64,000 nt of DNA, from contig KZ538244.1 in the NCBI GenBank assembly GCA_000934665.2, positions 1-64,000 of the forward strand, written 5' to 3'. The notes under the pieces are model-generated. The model was not told the DNA's origin. It searched no databases and saw nothing but the letters and a program-made list of their open reading frames with translations. Positions 53,336 to 64,000 of this stretch are shown piece after piece. The DNA is from Catajapyx aquilonaris. Its lineage: Eukaryota. How positions within the stretch are numbered: position 1 is the stretch's first letter; each line of letters opens with the position of its first letter. The translations under genes were made by a program, and so were the position numbers.

Positions 53336-53569
53336 CTGGGGGAGAGGGACACCCGCACGCTCATTCATCACACCCTCACTACTTTGCACCACAAATTTCA
53401 ACCATGCCAATAAAAGACACTCCAATCACTCCAACTTCACTGCGAAAGTATTTAATTATAGTCATTATTTCTAGTAGTCTATTACTCTTGTGTTCTTTTC
53501 TTATTTAAGGTCCAACATGGAAGTTGGCGTGATTGGGGAGTGGTTAATGTGTGTTCATGCTGTACTTAC
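53336..53569 (-). other. 234-bp GT-AG intron of scratch
   Basis: Consensus GTAAGT donor, AT-rich body and pyrimidine tract plus CAG acceptor; removal restores the reading frame. Confidence 0.88.
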
Positions 53570-53776
53570 CGTGGGCGGAAGGCGCGTTGGGAGGCAGGGG
53601 AGGCAAGGAGCGCGAGAGCTCCAACAGGTCGTGTGCTGCTTCCGTCTCCTCGGCGCTTCGGAGGCGGAAGATGGGGATGCCGCCATCGTGGCTCAGCACT
53701 TCGGGTCTCACCGCCTGCCGAAGGTTGGCTTCCTCCTCTTCTTCCACCGACGGCGACACCAGCTCATGGAGGTAGC
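53570..53776 (-). CDS. scrt: Scratch internal coding exon (207 nt, phase 1 at both ends)
   Basis: Acceptor gctgat...ccttgtgtttccccag|GCTAC (AG at 53778-53777); donor CACG|GTAAGT (GT at 53569-53568). Splicing to the next exon gives ...[16 protein letters not shown]... in frame. Encodes YLHELVSPSVEEEEEANLRQAVRPEVLSHDGGIPIFRLRSAEETEAAHDLLELSRSLPPLPPNAPSAH. Confidence 0.88.
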
Positions 53777-56709
53777 CTGGGGAAACACAAGGCACACGGA
53801 TCAGCATCATCAATCGGTCCAAATGGTTGGCTGTAGTTATAACCAGAACAATCTCAACTTTTTAAGACATAAGTTCGCCCCTTACTAATCGTACCATAAT
53901 TCGCCCTAGAGGTAATAAAGTGCTTTCGGTCAGAAAGGGACCTATTGTTTCCGTCGATATAAAAATGCACGTATAGCACTTGCTGAAACTTCCATGTGAT
54001 GTGAGCAGTGAAAAAAATATATGGTGGAATGAGGTTTTGAATAATCATAATAGGAATAAGACACCATATCATGACCCACTCAAAGTGAATAAATAACAAC
54101 GCCTTTGTGTCAGTCACTCGAATAATAATTGCTCATTGTCATGTCACGCAAAGGTATAAGGGTGCTTATTGCATGTGTAATTCTAGGAAAATGCCTGTCG
54201 CTTCGGGAATTACAATGTCGGTGCACTATTATTATTGTAAATAAGGAACAACACAAAATTATACTTAATGCAGCTTAGTGCTTAGTGCAGCTCTGGTTTT
54301 GTCTTCTCGTCCTTACATCAGTCCCGACGTCATGAATCGACATGACTGTCAAGTTTTACTTGTCCATAAGATTTCTGCATCATATTCGTGTAGGCCGTTT
54401 ATGAGGTTTCTTTTTTCTTCCCACATGCAAAACTAAGTGTGTTGATTGCATGTAGACGGTACATGACAGAATACACTTCTTTTAAAGTACTCTAAAATAA
54501 GTAAAAACACTTACTGTATTGAGTAATACAGTATAATAATAGCTCCACTGCAATATGCCAAGATAGTGTTCAAATTATTTTTACAAAACTACAAATGAGC
54601 CAATACATGGGAAATGTGAAAGAACTGCACATATTGACACCTAGGTGGTGTTTGAATTTTGAAATAGCTTTAAAACAGACTAAATAAGCGCTGCAGTGCA
54701 GTGTATAAAAATGTTAAAGGTTTGCAGTTTAAATATTGCATTGTAATGTATGAGGAACTGGGAGCTCATTATTGACTGGCTTTCCACTTTTACAGCGCAC
54801 AGTTTCGTGACTAATATTCTCTAAACGACTTCCTTACTGACTCAAACCTTTTTTTTTGTTTTTTGTTCCGGATAGTTGCAAGAATTTGAATGCATGAGAC
54901 TTCGCCTGGGCCGTTTTTTCACCTATCATTGAGCAGACGGATTAACTGGGATCAAGTTCATTTCGTATTATGAGCTGCCCAACTCCGATAACATGTTTTC
55001 ACACTCTAGAGTGAGGCTGTTGAGAGAACCTCAACTCCAAGCTCAACTCATAATATTTAAGGGCATGCATATTTAGTTTCCCCGCTAAAAATGCTGTTCA
55101 CTGGTCATGGTAGTATTACATTTGCTTTGCATTTTGTTTCTTTTACCCACATGCACTATTTGACTTTGTACTTTCGTATCTTGCACATTAAAAATGATGA
55201 TACCATCCACTGGTTGCGTATTATGCAAAAGGAATACACCATTTGTAACTTGCCTCATCGATTAATAAATATTGCGCGCATAAATGCACATCAGGGTCAC
55301 CTATAGAATCATTTCATGAATATAATTCCCAGATACAAAAACAATGCCCCGACTGCCACTAACAATAAAAATATGTCATTTATGGCATTAGCCACGTTTC
55401 AGTATGCTTATGGTAAACCTGATGAGCACAGTTACAGCCTTACCTAAAAATAGACCCACTATCTGAACAAAACATCGTTGTATAAAGCTTATCGCCGTTT
55501 CCCGGAAGGTGACAGATATGGTGATGATTATATCTCTCAATTTTTAGCGACCTTTCGATTTCAGATTTGCAATAATGCTCTTGCGCTGTTAATATGGGGA
55601 CCCCACATAATGCGCACGGTTTAGGTTAAACTACGCTATGTTGCGTCTGGCTGAAAACTATCCATTTATGGCCTATTGCCACCATTAATGAACCCGTGGG
55701 CTACAGAGATACTCTGACAATCATCATGTTTGTCACGCCTTGCACAATGCAGCAACATAACAATTACACCACCCTACAGTACATATATTGCCATAGCCTG
55801 TAACAGCCATAGTACAGTACAGTATAACTGAAGGAATACTTTCATCTTCAACAATAGTTCGGTGATACAGATAATAAAAATGGCATTGCGTGCCATGATT
55901 TTCTGAAGAGATCAGAGCAATCGGTACTGGTTATGATGGTACTGTGGGATTAGGCACTGCTTAGATTGAGTTTCCTGGTTTTCAAGGAGTCGCATGGTTA
56001 TCCATCGGCAGGGCAGGCAGGCAGGCAGGCAAGAGTTCAGGTAAATGGAGCAAACTCGGCATAGTTGAGGCCTATCGATTGGCTGAGTTTTGAATAGGCG
56101 CAGGCGTTGGGAGCGAGCACAAAAGTGCAGAGTTGCCATTGATGAAAGGGACCAAAAGCGCAAAGAGATAAAGTCTGCCCCACGTGACGAATGCGATCGG
56201 TTGGCGCCGCTGCTGAGAGCGCTCATGAAGAGTGGTATAATGAGAGTCGATATGGGATCTCTTTTCCTGCCGGATATATACATACGTAGGGAGCCCTTTT
56301 CCCTCCCACCCACCCACCCTCCCTTCCTACTCCCCCACCCCAACTCCCTGCCTCCACCTCCCCCTCGGTCTCATCAACAGGTGGATCCCGGATTTTCAAG
56401 CCGCACAAAGGACGGAAAAGCGCTTTCAATTTTCCAGCCCTCTTCTCACCGCCTCATTTTAGGCGCATTTTCATTACGCCATCATTTTGGCCGCAATTCC
56501 CTTGTTGACGCCGTAACTCGTCCAACCATGCATTCAATCCTTTTGTCCCAAAGAAGAAAAAAAAAAGGGAAGGGACTCACCGGAGTCGCTTCCGTCTAAA
56601 AAAAGAAAATGGGCGCGATAACTTTCATTTCACTCGGACTACCTAAGCAAGAACCTAAACCATTCCCCTAACACTGCTTTTCACTAACTTACGATCATGA
56701 TTACACCGA

Positions 56710-56818
<109 letters not shown>

Positions 56819-57781
56819 GACTATTAATGAAGAACGCAATTAATTTTGTTTGGGGGTTTGCATAGCAACTTAATTATTGATTCAAATTTTACAATATCAA
56901 CACCATTAATTAATCCCTTTTATGTTTATCAATTGCTGTAATGTGTGTTATTACATTGGGGCATGTGTATCTCACGTAATTATTATCATGCCCCGAATAT
57001 CATTTTGGCCTGTTGCTCTCTGTTATTATGACTAAAAATTATTAATGTTCATGTTCATCAACCTTGACTCTGTCAAATGTCTTCAGTGCGTTGTCACCTG
57101 TAAAGTCAGTCGTAAGAAAGCACCTGCCCTGTAGGTATGTCGCCCTACTTGCCCGCATAATAATCCAGGCCAGCCTCCATAAATAAGGCACGATTTGTTT
57201 CTCCTCCAAGATTGAGAGGAGTTAATTGCACGACACATGAGTCCCCAAGACGGGTGTGCATAATGCATCGGCTGTCGAGCCGATTGCTGCAACGAGACCT
57301 CCCTCAGGTGTCAGTGTGGGCACCGGCCTGATGAATTTTTCATCTTCTTGCCTCTCCCCACCCCCCCTCTCCCCAGTTCCTCACCCCATTTGCCTTGCAG
57401 CCTGTGAGAGAACTAGCTGGGAAAATGAATATGTGTGTGTACTGTACCCTCTCCGCATGTATACACGTGTGTGGGCCAGCTTGCTCAGCGCCTTTCCTCG
57501 TACCCGCATTTCGCGTGTCCAATTAGCCGTGTAGCGTGAAAGCTTCACAAGACTAGCCAGTACAAAAGGACAGCGATGTGCAGCTAAGATACAGTCACGC
57601 ATCTGCTGTCTATCGTGGCTGCCACTTGATCCTCGTCCTATAACACACACAAAAGGAACGGCTCTCACTCGCACCACAGCACGTGCTCTTCAAAAAAAAG
57701 GTCGGATGCCGTCCAACACGTCCATTTATCGAGCCCGCCTGTACCACTCAAGCACGGACATCTCAATGTGCTGCTTGAGTA

Positions 57782-57883
57782 CTATACGTGTTTGCATGTG
57801 TCTATACGTGTCTATACGTGTCTATACGTGTCTATACGTGTATACGTGTCTATACGTGTATACGTGTACTGTACGATACGTGT
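57782..57883. repeat. Minisatellite, unit TCTATACGTG with 8-nt TATACGTG variants
   Basis: Four perfect tandem 10-mers at 57801-57840, with variant copies on either side. Confidence 0.92.
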
Positions 57884-57953
57884 TTATCTGGCGAGGAGTT
57901 TGCCCCTGACAATGCGCCAACCGGTGAGTCAAGAGAGGCTCATAGGTTAGCAG

Positions 57954-57999
57954 ACTTCCAGGATGAAGCGTTGTAAGTACACCGCTTCATCCTGGAAGT
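57954..57999. repeat. Near-perfect inverted repeat (hairpin)
   Basis: ACTTCCAGGATGAAGCG (57954-57970) pairs perfectly with CGCTTCATCCTGGAAGT (57983-57999). Inner TGTA/TACA is also complementary after one mismatch. Confidence 0.9.
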
Positions 58000-60900
58000 A
58001 CCGTATCAGTTCTTAAGCGTCATTACAAGCACCAATTATTAAAATAACGTGCACATTTTATAGCGAAAATCCGCATCGTTTTTGGCGAGATTGATTGTCT
58101 TGGGTGAGACAGAAGAAGGCACGCAACAAACGCAGTAGGGCTGACCGGTTGCGGTTAATTCATCAGGAGGGGGGTGATTTTGAAGGACGTGGCACCAGCG
58201 TGATATATGGGCAGACATACAGAACAGGTTAGGCGTGAAATGGGGCGCCGCGAATGAACAAAAGCGCAGACCGATGTCCGAATGCAGTGCTGTGGAATGA
58301 AGCAGGCCTCACGTGCTCCGCCTCATTTTTCTCTCTGTGCACACCTCTTGCGTCACCAGCAGCCAGGTTTATGCAAATGAAGGCAGCTGCCGTTCTCCGG
58401 ACGTCCCTTTCAGACTAACGAGCCGTGGGATCAACTTGTCCCTGCCTGTTTTTTTTTCAGGATTAAAAAAACAAGCCTATTGCCTTTTTCGGATTAAGTT
58501 TCGATTCTGAGACTAGTGATGAAATAAGTCCGCCCCATTTGTGCTGGAGGTTATCGGGTCGGGTCCATAAACGTGGACCCAAGCGGAAAGGGTTGCCACC
58601 GCTCTCATCATATAATCGCAATCCGAGATTGGACCACCCACCCACCTCCAAACTCACCCGTCCGCCGTACTTGTCCGTTCGTGTATCGGGGGGGTTGGCG
58701 TGGAGCAAAGCAGAGGCAGTGCTTTGATGTCCCCTGGGCTCAGGGCTGCCAGGAAATAATTGCCTCATTACCCTTCACGCACTTAACCCCCCGCAAATAT
58801 CCCGCAGAACATTGCGCCCCGGCTGAATGGAACGCCAGCACAAATATTTACAACGCAATTTTACTCCATTGATCTGCTCTGCAGGATCAAGGCGATTTTC
58901 AACTATTATTCAATTACTGCAGGAGCCTTTTCGTGTATGATCACCGCACACCAATGGAATTGCCTCGTTTACTGCACTTTTGGGGGGGAGGGGGGAGAGA
59001 GTTTTTGGGTGGTATGGGGGGACCCCCACATATCCACGCTAGGACCATTCGTTCGTTCGGTGGCTCGCTCAAACTATCTATTGGTTGCGTTGCCCCACAG
59101 CCACCAACCACTATACTCCTGACGGAAAATCCATAGTTGTTATCCTTTGATAAATTATGCACGCCGCTTCTGATACCATTCCTTATCACTACGAATTTGT
59201 TTCTGCTTTCTAAATGTGTGCTTTTTACTCCACTTGCAGATATGTTTCCAGAAATAGCCACGTTATGAAACTGTGTTCACTTTTGCATTAGGTCTGTCAT
59301 GCCATAATTCGTCGTTGTCCAAGTGAAATCTTGTCAGAAACGTCATGTCAAGTACACAACCACGGGGAAGTGAGCTCTGTACAGTATACTTATTATGGCC
59401 TTTGCACAGACGTTGCGACTGCTTCATCGTTATTATTGTAAACGTTACATTAGTAGTAGCTGCATTAGAATTTAATGTGCAATTTCATGCACTGATTGAT
59501 GGTACACTGCTCATGAGTCAACTGCAATACACTAAACTAATTTTATGGTAATAATGTTTAATAATTTCAAGCCATGGCTTGGTACAGATTTTAAAGAATC
59601 TGTGTTGTTACAGTTTGAATCCATTGTTGTCATGTGGTGTCCTGGTTCAGGTACAACTGCGGATGTATACAGGTGGCTGGAGTATTTATATAATTTTTGC
59701 TGAAATTGCATCATCCTGGAGTGGCTTGCGGGTAGCGCAACCCACGAACGAGTTATGCATTTATGAATTTATGAGAGCAAGTGCAAGTTATCCTGCACAG
59801 CGCTGCATCATCTCTGCTTGGCGTCAGCGGCATTCTCCGTCAGCTGTTGAATAGTTCATGAGTAACTTTTGGTTCTTATCTGGGTGACAAGAAGAACACA
59901 CAGAAGGGGCTGTTTGCCAGTTAGCTGGCAGTTGATATCCGCATCCATATTTCACTGCTTAATTTCGCATGGTGCCGTCCGCGGGGAACCTGACGTCAGG
60001 CCAAAGTGTCTGCAGTGATTGGCCGGGGGAGACGAGGAGGATGTGATGTGATGTGATGTGCCCAGGCTCGTATAGTGAATGGGTTGCCTTCCCACCCACC
60101 CACCCTTTATGCCTCACCTGCCTCCAGGCAAAATGATGAAACTTGCATAGAAAGTGGGAGAGCACGCGAGGCACCAGAAAACGGTTCCAAGATGAAAGTC
60201 CCCCTTCCTTTTGTGATAAATACTCGGCTGCTTTCCTTCCCTGCACTTTTAATCACAGGAAATATCCCAATGGGTACGGATCAAAGTCTCTAGTAGGCAA
60301 AGTTTCAGTTTGGAAACTTGCCTTTTTTCTCCCTTTCCCTCCGTTCCTCCCCTCCCCCCTCCCCACGCTCCCTCTTAGAGGAAATGGGTTGGGGCAACTT
60401 GCACAGTAAACTCAACATGCAACCCTGCACTTTCTGTCAGACGACTGATTTCTATATTGCACTTACATGCGACGGAATAGGGTCAGTATACTACAGTCAC
60501 ATTGGTTGTGCACAGTAATGGTGCTATTAGAAAGTACATCCGCGGATAGGGCACTGAAACTTTGTCCTTTTTGTCACTCCTGTGAAATTGAATTTTTAGG
60601 AAAAATTTACCCCAAGATCACAAACGAATTAATAGCGAATATAAAAATTCGCGGCGATATTTTTGTCACTGTTCAATATATTGTTTTCACACTAGATATA
60701 AGTTACTTTGTATCACATCCAATGATACATCCATTCCACGTTCCATGACTGCTGTTAAATCTACACTAGAAGAATCAACGATTCAAGCGATGCCGCTTTT
60801 ACTCACTCTTACATTATTAATCTTGCCTACTTCGGAAGTAATTCTGGGAGGCAGGATGCCTTTTCCTGTCAGACCACCGCATAATAATTATTCACCTTGC

Positions 60901-62490
60901 CACTTCGTGCAGTGTGACTGGACTGGTATACTGTACCTTGTTCGGTATATACAGCTTGTAGCCAGTTAAACAGTAATCACTCACATAAGTTACCTTCCAT
61001 GATCTCTAACAATTCTGACTGACTCGCCCCAAAAATATCGTAATCACGAGTACTGCCCCGCTCAAATCATAAAAATATAACGCTAATAAATATGTGTCCA
61101 GACAACGGTCATAAAACTTGAAATTTTAAATAAAATGGTGTTTTTAAAATTCGGAAATTTCCACGATGTAGCGGAATCACAGGCGAGCGTCGGAGGTTAT
61201 CTCTATAAGCTTACACCATGTACACTATAATACCCCCCTTGTATTATTATCATCACACTATCGTACGCCTATGATTAGTTCGAGTCAGGATGCAGATAGT
61301 AGCATCAGCATTGTGTATTTTAGACATATCGCGCAGCATAATCCCAGCCACTTTGTAAAGATTAATATTTGTAAGTTCTGTACTTGTGGTCGCTTCCCAT
61401 ATTAGGGTAACGAAGAGAAATGGTCCCCATAAAATAAAACTCATTCTAGCCCATAATGTGAACAAGCATATAGACCCACCGCTGTAGCGGCACAGTCATC
61501 TTATGATGAACGCCCCTCCTTTTTTTGCGCATGTAATCTGACACAGATGAATTTCCAAGGTTTTGAATCTCCTGGCCAGTGCATGCAGTTTTAATTAATA
61601 GAGACTGCATGAGAGAGCTGAAATGGGTAGGGTGCGACGGAAGGGGAGGGCTGGGTGCCGGTCCAGGGGAGGCTGGGGATTCACTTGCTATCTGGCCACC
61701 TCCCCTCCCCTTTTTATTCTGGATAGACCTAGCTGCAAATTATTCTCCCACGATAATAATGGCCTCCAGTATGGGAGATATAATGAAACTGCGGCCATGC
61801 CAGAATCATAATGGATTTAATTCCTGCCGACCCCAAAAAAAGCTCCCTATTAAACGACACTACCGTTACATGTACCATCAGCAGTATGTTGCTTACATGC
61901 TGCGATTTCTGCAGTCCGTAATTGTCACCTTTGACCTATTGAGCCGGTGGACTTGTTGCTCTGTTTCTTGGAGCGTGGCGTGGCGTAGCCGGAGTCATTC
62001 AGTGGTGTGTAGAAGTGATGGTGTGGGCGTCGGAGTGAGGGAGCGAAAGTGCGCAGTGGCAGCGAGAACATAGCCTATATACACGCACAGCAGAAGAGAG
62101 AGAAGAGAGGGTGGGTGGTGGGTAGGGGAGGGAATGAGGATCGATAGGTCCTCTCCCGCCCACGTACACATTCGAAGGAGGCCAAACTTAGTGGCCCCTA
62201 GCATTTGTGCGGCTCTCAACTGCTGTGTAGGAGCAACAGGCTGCACCTGCTGCTTGCTTGCCTTTGCCTTGCCTTGCACCCCATTCCTGCTCAGACGCCG
62301 CTATTTGTCACGTTCGCATTGTTCCGGACCTATGTACGACATCAATGGGAAGTTGGGGCGGCTTAGAGTCATTTTGGCTGTGGCTCTACCTGCTGCTCGG
62401 AGTCGGAGACAACGGAGGGCCTGTTTGCCCCTGGGTTAACCACTCTCCCCTCAAAATCTGACTCGACAATGGTCCGCTGGATGTATAGCA

Positions 62491-62518
62491 ACACACACAC
62501 ACACACACACACACACAC
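62491..62518. repeat. (AC)14 microsatellite
   Basis: Directly visible. Confidence 0.95.
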
Positions 62519-64000
62519 CTTATTCATACACGATGCACCGAGTCAACTTGCAACATCACCCGTACAACACATAATTATGTGCTATTTGTTGCGGGTGTTT
62601 ACGGTTTGATTAATATGTGATGCGGTAGGTCTAATTAAGCCAACAGATGAAATTCGGGGGCCGGGTAAACGTTGCTCTCTAGAGACGGAAGCTATAACGT
62701 GTTTCGGAAGAGCGAAAATGTGTGAAGTAGAATTATTCGTCAGCGGGTTTTCCCTCTCTCGCTCTCTCTCTCTCTCCTGGGGCAAAGTTTCATTTGCATA
62801 TCTTGGCGCTGACCTCTTAACGCCTGCTCGTTTCCTTCCTGCACAATAAAAGTGGCGGGCGATAAGGCGGGCGCCATTGGGGGGCCCTAAAAGGAGGCCT
62901 AATTTAATTTTGATTAGGGCTTGTTGTGCGGTTGAGGATGAATAGGCTCATTTCCTCTTCTCCCCCGATCTGCGCCGACGCCAACACCAAGGTACACACC
63001 CAAGCGACAATCACTAGGTTTCTTGCAGAGAAGTGAGCAGGACAGATTGGGTATATCCTGATGCCATGCATTCCATCAGGGGGGGCTAAGGTGGGCTTGT
63101 TTCTCTATTCAGGGAGCGGGCTCCATTCGACCAAATTGGGCCGAGACGTACGCGGGCCTCTCCGGGCCGTAATCACGGTGAAAATATGGACGGCCTTAAA
63201 ATATTAACACGGAGACGTGGCTTACAGCGGCGCAGAGTCAATTTCAAGCTGGGAGTCTCAGGGACTCACAACTGGGGAGAAAAAATGCCAGTGAGGGAAA
63301 GAAAAGAGGGGGGGGGGGCGAAAAATGGGCGAAGGGGAGGTGTGGGGATGAAATCGGGAGACATTTTATCGATTGCCAAGCACACAGTAGGCGTCGCTGG
63401 CTGCCCTACCGACCGCCTTTGCAGATCAACAGATCCTTTTCTTCCATCCAGAGAAGTCGTCTTTTCTACAAGTGTGTATAGGCATCACCCGGGTACTGTT
63501 CTGCCTGATTATGCACCGAATATTCTTCTGTGTAATGGTGGACCAGTAATTGAAATTCCGGTGCCGAAGCTCATTAACATTGGCCTGAAAGGGATGATTG
63601 TGTGCCTGAGCGGTTACAGGGAAGTACGTGGGGTCCCCTGTTTGGAAGGAGGAAAAGGTACAGGTGGGGAAAAGGTGAATGGGAAAGGCAGTAGAATCTG
63701 TAAGTGTAGGGTTGTGGAGGTGAAAGTTGCGAAAGGAGAGGGGGGGGGGCCTATGCAGCGTGAATCTTTAAAAGATGAGCGTGTTGGGAGGAAGCAGTTG
63801 GAAGGTTCGATTGGGTTGCTTGGCTGTCCTCCAAGTCCGGGCTGCCGCAGCTTCTCTGCGGACTACGCCAAGGGGGCGTTCCGCTCTGACGTATCTCCTG
63901 GGATCCCGCCCTACATCCTTTCCCTTAACCCCCCTCACCTCATACCCTTCCACACACCCAATCCCATATGCACACTCACACTCACCATATGAAACCTCTC

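Noticed and set aside
52362..53364. Several overlapping ORFs on both strands over the scratch exon
   Set aside because: Shadow ORFs caused by the high GC of the true coding frame.
63186..63992. 268-aa plus-strand ORF
   Set aside because: Gly/Lys/Arg-biased product of a purine-rich tract, with no recognisable domain; antisense within the presumed scratch intron. Minus-strand frames checked were also uninformative.

Overview
Eukaryotic (invertebrate animal, probably protostome) genomic DNA. It is almost entirely non-coding and holds one recognisable gene: a minus-strand Scratch-type Snail-superfamily zinc-finger transcription factor. Two coding exons splice in frame: 53776-53570 and 53335-52293, across a 234-bp GT-AG intron. 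They encode a Scratch domain ([17 protein letters not shown]) and five C-terminal fingers. The expected SNAG-bearing first exon was not found, so it probably lies beyond 64000. The ~52 kb downstream is a gene desert of GC-richer, homeodomain/POU-motif-dense islands alternating with AT-rich spacers, as expected around a neural developmental regulator. Mobile DNA includes two inverted copies of a tRNA-derived SINE (one with a 13-bp TSD), a TTAA-flanked piggyBac-type MITE abutting one SINE copy, three tiny TA-CAGGGTG Tc1/mariner-type MITEs and a further tRNA-like head. There are also micro- and minisatellites. The most interesting hypotheses are a frame-preserving exon carrying a Sin3-interaction-like helix, a possibly ~6.8-kb 3' UTR with a G-quadruplex tract and miR-9/miR-124/let-7 seed matches, octamer enrichment, and an intronic ACGTG array next to a near-perfect hairpin. 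I found no evidence for a novel multi-gene system; nearly all other ORFs in the track look spurious.
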